Origin: Setoptus koraiensis
Lineage: Eukaryota > Animalia > Arthropoda
Direction: 5' to 3'
Assembly: GCA_048013815.1 (NCBI GenBank)
Contig: CM106585.1
Location: 12,896,001 to 12,960,000 of the forward strand
DNA length: 64,000 bases
A program made the translations under genes and the position numbers. Of this stretch, positions 27,477 through 38,400 are shown piece after piece. The stretch's first letter is position 1. Each line of letters begins with the position of its first letter. A model generated the notes under the pieces. That model saw only the letters and a program-made list of their open reading frames with translations, searched no databases and was not told the origin of the DNA.

Positions 27477-29045
27477 TCAGACAAGACGAACGGCCATTCG
27501 ATTAGATCTTTTCAGCTTGTAATGATAGGCCTCCCATTCTTGTTCGAGCTCGAGCAGTTCTTCTTCGGTGGGACCCCTGTCGATAACGCTGTCCTCTTCA
27601 GTCTTAACGGGTTTGTTGGCGATCTTGAGTTGATTGCGGCTGCCAACTTTATTGTTCAGGTTGCTTTTGCTATTACTGTTAATATTATTAATACTGTTGT
27701 TGTTGTTGTTACTGTGCTGGCCATTGGAGTTGTTGGTGGCGGCGACAATTGCGGGGGCGGTGGTGCCGCCGTTGACAGTGTGGCCGTTGCTGAGGCCGCT
27801 GTTGGCGCCACTGTGATGCTTGTACTTGCAACCAGGTGAGTTACCATTGTTGTTGTTATCACTATTGATGCAAAATCTTTTATAATTATACAGGCTGCAG
27901 CTATTATTTTTATGACTGTGATGATGATGAAAACGATCGTGATAATTGTTGTTGTTGTTGTTAACGGCAACTTTTTGATTTTGCTGTTTGTGATGCTGCT
28001 GATTGATGATCTCTTGTAACGGTGGCTTTGGATAATGACGAGGGGCTAATTTAATCAATTTTTCTTCACACGGTCCTAAATCAACTATCTCAACTGTGTC
28101 GGGCGATATCGATTCAAATAGATCGATCAATTTCGAGAAGCCATACACCGCCACTTTGCACTGTCTATTGTAATAATGGTGATAGGAAGGTATAAATTTA
28201 GAGAATGGCACAGAATAATCTGGCGGCATTGTTGATAACAACTTTATAACGTCCCAAACAAAATATCTGGTGCGCCTGATCTCTTTTTCGCTGCGCTCTC
28301 GTTTTGGTATCTCAAAACGATCCCCTCTAATAATATTGATGGTTCCTTCCCATATTTCATTCAATAAATCTTGTAAATTGTTTGTACCATAATCTTGAAC
28401 TCTGAATGTTCTACCCAAAAGCGCTTCATAAGCGCGAGGCATTTGAGCCATCTGCAGGCGTTTACCTGGTTGAGCTTTAACGACCTTTATTAGGTCGGAT
28501 GCGAAACGTTTGATTTGTTCACGTTTTGTCAGAGTTATATAACGATTTGTTCCCTCGCCAACTATTTGTACTACGTGCGGTATTGCCTCTAATAATTCAA
28601 TTAACTTTGTAAAACCGTATGAATAGACGCAACATTGTCTACCATAATGATTATGATAAGCTGGTACAAACTTTGAGAATGGTATCATACAATTTGGCTT
28701 GCTTCTCAATAAATTTCTAACTTCACGTGTGAAAATTGACAGTTGTTTAGATTGAATAGATGAATCATCGCTGCCTGGGACCGATGTGGCGCTACTCTCA
28801 CGACTATCCATGGGTGCCGTTAAATAAGATTGTTAGTATAATTAATATTATAATATAATCAAGCTAGGTGTATTATTGGTGATGTGTACTGTTGGGAGTC
28901 AGGTAAGCAACTGGCCAATCACGTTGTTGTCGGCTTACGACTCCCAAAATTGGAGTCTAGGCGGATGTAAAACACGAGCAATTACTTACACCTGCTGATA
29001 GTTTTCATGCTGGATCACAGCAGTCTCAAGTGTGATGCTTGACAT
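27477..29045 (-). CDS. MARF1: MARF1/Limkain-b1-like protein with three tandem LOTUS (OST-HTH) domains and an N/Q/H-rich tail. Model: complement(join(27477..28803,28990..29045)); 460 aa
   Basis: FTREVRNLL...IPFSKFVPAYHNHYGRQC..YGFTKLIELLEAIPHVVQI, KRFASDLIKVVK and IPKRERSEKEIRRT...PFSKFIPSYHHYYNRQCKVAVYGFSKLIDLFESI align with the C-terminal MARF1 LOTUS repeats. Exon 1 (ATG at 29045, MSSITLETAVIQHENYQQV) ends at a GTAAGT donor. A TACTAAC branch point (28832-28838) precedes the TAG acceptor (28804-28806), and the join is in frame. Confidence 0.88.
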
Positions 29046-29267
29046 AATCACAACTTTTCAATGAGTTCAAATCCGGCGCGCCTACAAAAAGCGCCTTCTG
29101 TATCAGATTTGCCAAATATTTTCGCTTGTTTGTTCATCACTCGTGGTGAAAATAAACAACTTCGTCCGTAATCAAATAAATTGTTAATTACAAACTGTCT
29201 TGCCAAATTAATACTCTCTCCCCGTCCCTTACTCTGCCTTAATTTATCAACAACAAACGATGTCACC
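29046..29267. promoter_or_regulatory. Putative bidirectional promoter and 5' UTRs shared by the MARF1-like and Gemin6 genes
   Basis: Only 222 bp separate the two divergent ATGs. No transcription start site can be located from sequence alone. Confidence 0.6.
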
Positions 29268-30056
29268 ATGGATGTGTTGCTGGAAACCGATGAAAGAGTG
29301 AATGAGCTGTACAATATGCTCTATCACAGAGTCGTCATACAAACAACAGTTAAAGTGTCCCCGGAGTTTATGTTTGATCCATACTTTGGTTATTCCTCAG
29401 ATAAGGAGTACGTTTCCTTCGTTGGATATCTAAAAACAGTCGATCCAGAGACCAAGGCTGCCATTCTACTATGTATCAAAGATGGAGTTGTTTTGCGATC
29501 CATGTTGGTAATGGGTCACTGCATTAAATCTATAGTATTATATCAAGAAGAGAGCCATGATAATGAGATGCTCATCCAGCAACTATCTGGAATTAACTTT
29601 GATAATCAAGTTACATCTTCGCAAGGGAGTAGCTTAGTTCAGCCAGATAGAAAAGATATCGTGCAAACTTCTCATGTTGAGAAACTCGAGGAGCCACAGA
29701 TAAGCCCTGAAACAATCAGGAACATCGTGGACAAAATCGATAAAGTACAGCTATCTCGTTACGATGCAGATAACGCTCTAGACGAAGTCGCAAACAGCCA
29801 AATCAGTGAACTTAAAGAAGCCATAAAAGATTGGCTTGTCACAAATAGAATACCTGTAGAAACTAGAGACGGAGCAAACGATCTCATCATTGCAAATTGT
29901 GTCACTCTGAAACCACCCTATACAGATGAGTGCAATTACATCTGCCCTAACAGAATTGTGTTATACAGAATCAAAAGTATTATTGATCCTTTCATTGAAA
30001 AGGTGTATGAGGATCGCAGATCTCGTGACGATAGTTACAAGAATATCGTTGTTTGA
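29268..30056 (+). CDS. GEMIN6: Gem-associated protein 6 (SMN complex), intronless, 262 aa
   Basis: Sm-like fold FVGYLKTVDPETKAAILL...VMGHCIKSI, and C-terminal domain LKEAIKDWLVTNRIPV...VTLKPPY...CPNRIVLYRIKSII, match Gemin6 motifs (GWVLTTDPVS, IMGHAV, LKKWLEKNHIPI, PPY, NEIILSRV). The first ATG (ACCATGG context) is at 29268. Confidence 0.85.
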   Translation: MDVLLETDERVNELYNMLYHRVVIQTTVKVSPEFMFDPYFGYSSDKEYVSFVGYLKTVDPETKAAILLCIKDGVVLRSMLVMGHCIKSIVLYQEESHDNEMLIQQLSGINFDNQVTSSQGSSLVQPDRKDIVQTSHVEKLEEPQISPETIRNIVDKIDKVQLSRYDADNALDEVANSQISELKEAIKDWLVTNRIPVETRDGANDLIIANCVTLKPPYTDECNYICPNRIVLYRIKSIIDPFIEKVYEDRRSRDDSYKNIVV

Positions 30057-30129
30057 CAAGACTAAAAGAGAAAAGAATAGTTTTTATATTGTTGTAGATG
30101 TCGATTTTCACTATCAGCTAACGATATAT

Positions 30130-30135
30130 TTTAAT
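30130..30135 (-). promoter_or_regulatory. Candidate poly(A) signal (ATTAAA) for the DGK
   Basis: ATTAAA lies about 26 nt downstream of the DGK stop, inside the 104-bp AT-rich gap before the Gemin6 stop. Confidence 0.35.
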
Positions 30136-30160
30136 ATTATCATAGTTACAAACAATTTTG

Positions 30161-32431
30161 TCACGGATAATTCTTCCAAGAACCATAAGTGAGCTTTGAC
30201 TTGGCAATCATGTTAGCTTTATTCCTCAGTTCAATAGTTATTATCGAGGGCAACAGTTTGCATGGTTCACCATCTACTTGCATCGGAATAGTTCTCGAAG
30301 TTGTGATCTTGGCACTTCTACATTGGGCGATTGGTGTGCCATGCCCACCAGCTTGCAATAATGGCAATTGATAGGTGGTTAGTCCAATAACTTCAATGAG
30401 GCCATCATCTGTTCGGGGTGTCAGAAAATTTGAGGATGCAGGCGATGTGGGCCAGGGTCTAGTTCCACCACCATAACTGGATATGTTCAAGAATAGTACA
30501 CTGTGCACTTTTGCTTCTTTCAATCGACTAGTAAGATCCTGGCCATCACAATACAGTGTCACATAATTTGATAAATCCTTCCATTTTCTTTTTAGTAAAT
30601 CTTTGCCACCGCCTTGAGCGTAGAACATCTTATTACGCAATCTGCTATTGAATCTTTCTGGATGAGCCTCGCGTGCCGTATGGAATTCTAAGGCAATTTG
30701 AGCATCAACACCAAAAGAGAAATAGTTGTTTATAACATCCATCGGTAGTCTATCTTTACCGCCGCAGTCGCTATCTGTCGCCATTAGTTGACCGCTATTA
30801 TTAGTTACCGTAGATGCTGTATTTTGGCTTTCACATGTGAGAGAGTTTTGCTGTTGATGATAATAATTACACATTGAATCTGTAGTAGTGCTAGTATTGC
30901 TAGCGTGTGTCATTGTAGGTGTACTACCACCACTGAAACCAATCATATTGAGATTTGCGTTAGCTTGAAATGGTGATGTTGGTGGTTGCGGTATTCCTTG
31001 TGTTTGCATATTGACAATTTGCGCTTGATTAGTTATGACATTGCTACTATTACTATTAGAGAGATTGGAACAATTGGATGTGGGTGTCGATGGCATTCGG
31101 GTAATGAGACCAAATTGATTGGAACTGCCATTAGAAGATAGCTCATTGGGCGAATTGGGCGCAGCCTCATAGTTTCTTTCAACATTCAAGTTCCATCTAT
31201 CTAGTTGGACTATATCACCATTGCGCACTTGGCTCAATATCTTAGCTATAGGCTCGTCCGTGTAACCCCCACCCCAGTTTAAGGCCCTAGCTAAATCGTT
31301 TCCGGTTCCTAATGGTAAAACAGCCACAGGCGGTGGCCGAGACAATCTCAATTCGTCCAGAACAGATAGTATCCAGCTAGCAGTTCCGTCACCACCAATA
31401 GTCAAAATGCGTACATTAGATAGATTCCTGTAAAGTTCAAGTGCTAGCCTTGGCCCACCTATTTGTGATAAATCAAATACTTGTCTAGGATTCAGTAACC
31501 AGTTGAACTTTTGCATCATTTTAGCGCCCTGATTACCACCGGATCTTGGATTGACAAACACAAGCAATGGTCTAGAGCCTGCAAGTGGAATACCGTGAAT
31601 GGGTTGGGGATTAACTTGAAAGCACTGCTGTATTCTGGATTGTTGTTGGTGCTGCAATTGTTGTTGTTTCGTTGTCATTGAGGCATTCTGTGCATTGGCG
31701 GCCAAATTCAGCGATCTACATTTCGATGGTGATGTATTGCCTGACTCAACAATATCGGTTATTTGATTGGCTTTAGCATATTGAGAATCTGTTGATGCAT
31801 AACCGCTCGTATCACTTGATTGTTGGAGTATGCTGGATCCACTTGTATTGGTTCCAACAACTGTCTGATAATTGCTGCCGTTATAACTACTACCCGGTGG
31901 TGTTGGTGTTAGGCCTAGATTTATATAAGCTCCACTGTCCGAATACATGGCCCCAGTTTGATTGCTAGATGATATGCTGTCGAGTTGCTGTTGCTGATTA
32001 TGGTGGTGAAGAGTTTCATCATCAAGTTCTATTTTGATTTGAGATGGTAAAGAGGGATAGGAATGTTGCTGTTGATGATCTCCATAGTAAGAAAGATCCA
32101 TTAATTGTTGTTGTTGCTGCTGCATTTGACTCATATCACCTGTCAAATGTTGATGTGATTGGGATATATCAAGATTTGCTGTCACTCCATGTTGGTTATT
32201 TTCTATGGAACGCAATGCTCGAACTGCATTTAACTTGTGCTGCTGTTGTTGCTGGTTATGTTGGAGAGCTTGCTGCTGCGTAATAGGTACTTTGTTTATC
32301 CAAGAGGATGGAATGATTAAATCACGATGAATGCCTAATGTACACGGTTCAGTAAGCGAGGATAATGTGAAACAATTCTCCTTATTATGATATGACACTT
32401 TGCACCAGGAGCAAGTGATAGCTTGTATCTC
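30161..32431 (-). CDS. rdgA: DGK terminal exon (2,271 nt): end of C1b, Q-rich linker, catalytic and accessory domains, stop codon
   Basis: Acceptor ttatag|GAGATA at 32431 gives [11 protein letters not shown], in frame with the 745-aa ORF. GGDG is at 31385-31396 and the TGA stop is at 30161-30163. Confidence 0.95.
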   Translation of the reverse strand, partial: EIQAITCSWCKVSYHNKENCFTLSSLTEPCTLGIHRDLIIPSSWINKVPITQQQALQHNQQQQQHKLNAVRALRSIENNQHGVTANLDISQSHQHLTGDMSQMQQQQQQLMDLSYYGDHQQQHSYPSLPSQIKIELDDETLHHHNQQQQLDSISSSNQTGAMYSDSGAYINLGLTPTPPGSSYNGSNYQTVVGTNTSGSSILQQSSDTSGYASTDSQYAKANQITDIVESGNTSPSKCRSLNLAANAQNASMTTKQQQLQHQQQSRIQQCFQVNPQPIHGIPLAGSRPLLVFVNPRSGGNQGAKMMQKFNWLLNPRQVFDLSQIGGPRLALELYRNLSNVRILTIGGDGTASWILSVLDELRLSRPPPVAVLPLGTGNDLARALNWGGGYTDEPIAKILSQVRNGDIVQLDRWNLNVERNYEAAPNSPNELSSNGSSNQFGLITRMPSTPTSNCSNLSNSNSSNVITNQAQIVNMQTQGIPQPPTSPFQANANLNMIGFSGGSTPTMTHASNTSTTTDSMCNYYHQQQNSLTCESQNTASTVTNNSGQLMATDSDCGGKDRLPMDVINNYFSFGVDAQIALEFHTAREAHPERFNSRLRNKMFYAQGGGKDLLKRKWKDLSNYVTLYCDGQDLTSRLKEAKVHSVLFLNISSYGGGTRPWPTSPASSNFLTPRTDDGLIEVIGLTTYQLPLLQAGGHGTPIAQCRSAKITTSRTIPMQVDGEPCKLLPSIITIELRNKANMIAKSKLTYGSWKNYP

Positions 32432-35400
32432 CTATAATTGGATTGAGTTAAACAAAATACGGAGTACAAATTGCTTCATTAGTATCTATTATATAATGTA
32501 AACAGTATATGAGGTACAAGGGACAACGATAACTAAGAGCTTGGATTGCATAATGTTGTACAGTTCAGACATAAAGAACAAACCTTGGAGCTAAAAGGTA
32601 ATTTGGTGTTTCCAAATGTTTTTGCACATTGCTTGCATCTGCCACAGTGGGACCGCTTGTGTACCCAATGATGATATATCACATTTGAGTTATTTTGAGA
32701 CTGGATACGAAGGCGTAGTCATCATATGGGCGAGGTAAAAGATGGTGAAGTAGAACATGAGGTTTCATTTCAATGTATGATAGGTTGGTTGTCGATATTG
32801 ATATAATTATGATGATAGTATCAAGATGAATGTCTCAAAATGTTGATACGCTTCAACATTATTTTGTTAAGCTTTGTACTAGCTTGCATTGTCACATATG
32901 CTTGTTATGGATAAAATGAATGTACACTCACCTCTCTACGTTGAGGATTATCACTTGTCATATCTTTGAATGTGTGCTTGCAATTAAATTTAATCTTATC
33001 CACTAATATACCTATGCATCCGGTGTGGGCAGTTATCTTACAGGCGGAACAACAAAGCCTTGGTCCATGTTTCTAAATTGATTGGTAAAGTTAATTGAAT
33101 CAGAAGATTATGATTAGGGGGAATGTCGGTATTGTGCGGCTAGACTTAAGAATTGTCAGATTAAATGTTTGGCAACCGTTGTCAAATCGTATCATATCTT
33201 ACCGAACATTCGTTTTCGCCCACATAGCAAGCGTCTGAACTGGTGCCAGTATAGACCCATAGATGATCACCGTTAAGGGCAGTCTCCTAAAATGATGAAA
33301 TCAGATAGTATTTCAGTGTTAAGTTATAATTCATATGTAGATGGAAATTACAATTTTCTACTCAAATCACTATTTAGACTCTACTCACCCTCCAATCGGG
33401 AAAAGACCTCAATGTCCTTGTTTCTCCATTTGATGTTGAAACTTTAATTTCGCCTTGTATGAATTTTCTGTATTTTTCATCGTTGTTTTTTTAATATGAT
33501 TGAGAGTTGATGGGAGTAGACAGAGAATTTTAAATAGTTAGTTAAGTTTTGGTGATGATACTTGAAAGATTGTTTCGTTTGATTTTACTTTTTGAGTATG
33601 CATAACCTTGAGCAGAAACTAGTCAGAGGGTTTGTAAGACAGTAGTACATTGTTTAGCTAAAGTGGCTGGACTGTAAGAGCAATCATTGTTTCGCTTATC
33701 CATTAGAAGTAGACAATGACAACACAAGCTCACACTCAATAATCACGGTAATAAATTGAGTTTTAATTGCCGACTATTGATAGTTGTCCATTCTCTATTC
33801 GACATATCACCTTTGTTTGTAGATATCAACAAATAGTAGTAGGTGTGAATAACCTTAGAGTGCGACATTCAGCTAGAGCAACGTTTCGATGGCAAGCCAA
33901 AGCGCGGTGATAGCTGCTACTGTGTCACCATGTGACAGTAGAGTAAAAATATTTCAGTTAGCTCTGAATGTGAAAAAAATCTAAGCACATATGAATTAAT
34001 CTATGCGAATATCACTATTGTTGAGTGAATTAGGTTATTCCCAGCATGACTAGATTGATAGAATAATGACAGGTGAGAGAGTTGAGTTGTAGCAAGGTCT
34101 GTAAATAGTGGCTATGGTTATCTAGCAATAGTTGTGTTGGACGTTTCATACGGTTTAGAGAAGCACGATGTTACTGAATGTAAACAAAACATGATCCTTC
34201 CTCAGAGATGATTCGCGCAAATGATGAGTTCTCGATGTCAACTGTCCGATGTTTTGCTATAGTTCACTTCCGTGATAGTTTCGTGGTTTCTCTGATTGAA
34301 TTCGTTGTTGAATTAAAGTTGTCATGTTTCTCTCCATAATTTACCAACGAGATAAATATCTCTTTTATAGTTTCATAAATATATGTATATATATATATAT
34401 ATAAGTGGCTGGATTGCTTGAAAAAGTAGTTTCCTCTAGTTTCATCTATCCAAAAACTTATATTTGCAATATGTGTTCGCTATGTGTCGTGGCTACCGCA
34501 TTGGAGAACTCAGGAAATGGCTTGCCTGGGAATTGTGCTAGCGGGTTTTTAGTCAGTAATTCTGTTGCTAACAACTTTTGATTTATCCTACAATTCTAGT
34601 GTGTGTTACCCAAATTGAAATATTGTTTGCATGACAATTTGGATTTAATGGTGGCTTTGAAGAAACAAAGACACCATGACTGACTTAAGTAAATAAATAG
34701 ATAGTGAGCTAGTTACGAGGTTTGCATCAAATGACGATGGTGAATCGTTCCAGTGGGAATATACAATTGATGATGATGTGGTATTATTCAATTACTAATC
34801 GCTATTCCAGTGCCTCGCCAATATAGCGACCTAGCTGATGTTGACTGACGATTGTTTGCAATGTTAAATGGTGGTCTATCAATGGAAGTCAATGGGTGAG
34901 ACCCGTGTCTCGTCATTGTTGCATGGAGATAATCTCGTGTGTTTTTTCATTAATTCTTCTTATTAGTATATTGTCGCTTGGTATGTGTGTATGTGTGTGT
35001 AAGTGTGTCCTATGATGACTACGATGATATAGTGACTGAATAAGTAATAAAAACAACACGCAACGATATCCTTGAGTTATGCCACCACTAAACAACAAGT
35101 GATTGTTTTTTGTTTTGTATATATGTTCTCTTGTTCTTGCGCTTGATTTTCTTGCGGCCTTCCAGAATCATCACGACAATTGTGGCTGTTATGTTTGTTT
35201 TGTTTATTTATCTCTATCGCATGACACTGATACTTCCTCTAATGAATTAATACACGGTCGTTGTTATCATCGTCATTTTCTTTTTCTTGTCGAGATGATG
35301 CGAGATTACAACAACAACAACTACGCTATGGCACTTGTTGTCGCGTTGCATCACAAATTGAGCAGCTTGTTGCTTTATTTATCACAATAGACAACTGATT

Positions 35401-38400
35401 GAGCACTAATTCTAATGTTGCCATTAACATATCCGGCTTAAATTAATTCTGATAAAATATAAATAATAATAAACTAATAATAATAGTGACGATACTAATA
35501 AATAAAATAAAATTGACTGGACACAACAACGGTTTATCGCCTGACGTCGGCACGGTGCCACATGATGAATTTCGCCGCTCTGTGTGTGTGTGTGTGTCGG
35601 TGAACTAACAACGTGTACAACACACTAACTGACTATTGCGTTGAAGGGTGAGCAATTTTTGTATTGTTATGTTCTTGTTCACACTGTGCAACCCGATACA
35701 ATTGTTTTGGTGCATACAATAATTTTCCTAACTAGTCCAGGGGAAAAACTGTTGCTGTTCGTTCTGTTGTGCACACAATCACATGTTCGCTGGCGATTGT
35801 TATTTTGATGAAAATGAAAATCTTTGCCGGAAATAATGAGTGTCGATAAAAGAGGAAGCTTCCTCAACAAAAAACTACAAAAACAATCTCTCAAAAGAAC
35901 CTCCAACGTGTCACTCATTCAGTGTTTCGTGCTAATTTTATAACAGTCTCACTAATCTGGATTATACTGGATTTATACGTAACTATTATTGGCTCGACAG
36001 CGTACCAATCGATTTGTCGGTTACCAGCAGCGACTCAAGTTCAAAGTCAGCTACCTGTGTGATATATCTTGCTTGGCTAACTCGTAAACAAGAGGATCAA
36101 ATGTATTTTTTTTATACGCTCACTTCACTGCCAACACTTTTACCACTAACGTTGTCAGCTCAACACTGACAACAAGAAATGCTAGATATATATTAACGCG
36201 ATAGCAATATTGTTGGCTAGACTTTTTGTGGCAACAGCAACAACAAGTTTCACTTTAATTGATACACCGAGCAAACACTTAACTGACTGTATATAAGTGT
36301 CTACTTGTTAGAGATTATCATCGCTAACAGAATGATATAGGCAAGTGCAAAATTTGCAATGTTACTCGCAGTGCGTATCTTGGAACCTCTCTCTGTCTCT
36401 CTCTCGAAGTATGAATATTTGATAAGCCCACATGTCAGAGGATAGTGATAGTGTCTTGTTGTCGGTGATTTCAAGCAGTCAATTTGTTGTTGGTGGCAGT
36501 GAGGTTAGCAAACTGCCACTGCAACAGCGAGCTACCCCCTTCTGAAAGCTACCGGTTATTGATGACCTCTCCGACTGCTAGCTCTGTAGGACACAAACCG
36601 GATGAATGAGTTTTATTTCTTTTTCTCTTGTCGTTGTTATTGTCAATTAATTTTCCGCGTAGTCGCGGTACTACCGGTACTTTTCCACTACTAATTCAAT
36701 CAACTTATGCAAAGTTAGCTCAAGATTTGTTCCACAACAACAACAACACGGCACGATGCATAAGCCTCCTGCACAGCCTGGCTCGGCGATATCTCTCCAA
36801 TAGAAGGCGATATCTCCCCAATAGAAGCCAAATCTCTGCGGCAAATCCAGGTAACAACAGGCAGTTTTGCTAGTTGTTGTGTGTCGTTAATAATCTGATA
36901 CATCTAATAAATCTCAATCACGTTAGCGCACACAATTTTTTAACTTTGCTTGATCGTATAAGCTTATTATAAGCGTATAAGATCATTACGTAAGCAATTC
37001 TTGTTGGATCACAAATTGTGATGTGATAAAGGCAAGGTTCATTTGCAATAGAGACTGTGTGTATGAGAGACTGTATGTAGAGGAGGATGCGACTGTAATT
37101 GCTCAATGAAACTCTTACACTCACTACATGTACTGCTTGTGTCTTGTGTTAACATGCAGGCGACATGAGGCGATTTATCCGAGAAGAGCAACAACGAGTT
37201 CTTTTGCCAATTCTTCTTCACTCATTTACTTGTAGTGTACTAATGTTTGTTTGTTGTTCGATTGCATTTTTCATTGGCTTGTTAAGTCGCAGTCGTAATA
37301 AGCTAATGGTTATTAAGCATTAGCTAACACAAAGCATAAGTTTCACGATGTAAGACGATGAGACAAGTGCCAATAGACAGGCTGGTGGGTATCATCAATG
37401 AGCGCATGCAAACAACAACATCTTGTAATCTTTCAATATATAAATATATATATATATGTTATGACTAAATCAATCATTCTTCCTAAAAATGAGGCAAACG
37501 AGCTCAAGTCTACAGGAGAGCAGACAAGTTTTTTACAATAAACTTGTTAAATAAAGCTTAATGACCATGCTTGTTGGCGCATATGCAAACTAGTGCACAG
37601 GAACTAGTGGTTCTATCTATCTGGATAAACATGTATGCAATTATTAATATGATAACGTAACATGTGTTTGTGTTGCACAGCATGGCAGCGTGTTAATCAC
37701 TCGGGACCGAGAGAAAATTATGAGAGAGAGAGAGAGAGAGAATTATCACGACGATAATCCAATCATGCTACCATGCATTATCAACTGTGTGTATCCCGAG
37801 GCATTGGGCGCTCATTATCTTCTATTATCTCATTTAATGCGATCATATGCGCGCATGATGATGCGATTCGATGCCATGCGATGCCATGTGATGTAACTAG
37901 AAAATAGAACTGATACTGCCGGCAATACTCAAATACTGATTTTGTGTTCCATTGGAGCGTGGCCCACATGCGGCTCAATCAACAATCAACCATCAGCCAT
38001 CAACCATCAAAGAGATTGGACGCATTTTAAAACAACTATCGCTGTTGATCGCTAGCATTAACTGGCAATTGTTGTTTTAGCTCGATTGTTTGCTTGCATG
38101 CAACCGCTTACAATTGCTGCCAGACAAAGGACGCTTACGACTCGGCAAATCGGGCCGACTCGTCGGGCGGCCTCGCGCTGCCAAGGCAGCACTTGTCGTT
38201 GTTGCGTTACATGTTGCGTCTGTACACGGATTCCCAGATTGACAAGGTAGACTGTGTGTCGTTGCAGCAAACAAAGAGAATATTTCCTTCTGGCATCCAC
38301 AATGTGCAGTCTGTGCCCGTATCATGAGGTACACGTAGACAGAGTGACGGACAGAAGGGGTGATACTATCGCGGGCCGATATTGTCGCCGGCTGACACGG

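Noticed and set aside
28809-28811. ATG at 28811 as the MARF1-like start, as in the ORF track
   Set aside because: It lies between a TACTAAC branch point and the TAG acceptor, so it is probably intronic. An in-frame upstream exon with a GTAAGT donor exists.
29048-29314. 88-aa minus-strand ORF, and the TTG-initiated 29-aa extension of Gemin6 (29181-29267)
   Set aside because: Both cross the intergenic/UTR region and have no homology signal. The ATG at 29268 has a good context.
36485-36526. Hairpin containing TGGCAGTGAGGTTAGC, a 15/16 match to the 5' part of miR-34
   Set aside because: The stem is only about 15 bp and the putative mature sequence would run through the loop. The 3' end does not match miR-34, and the geometry is incompatible with a pre-miRNA.
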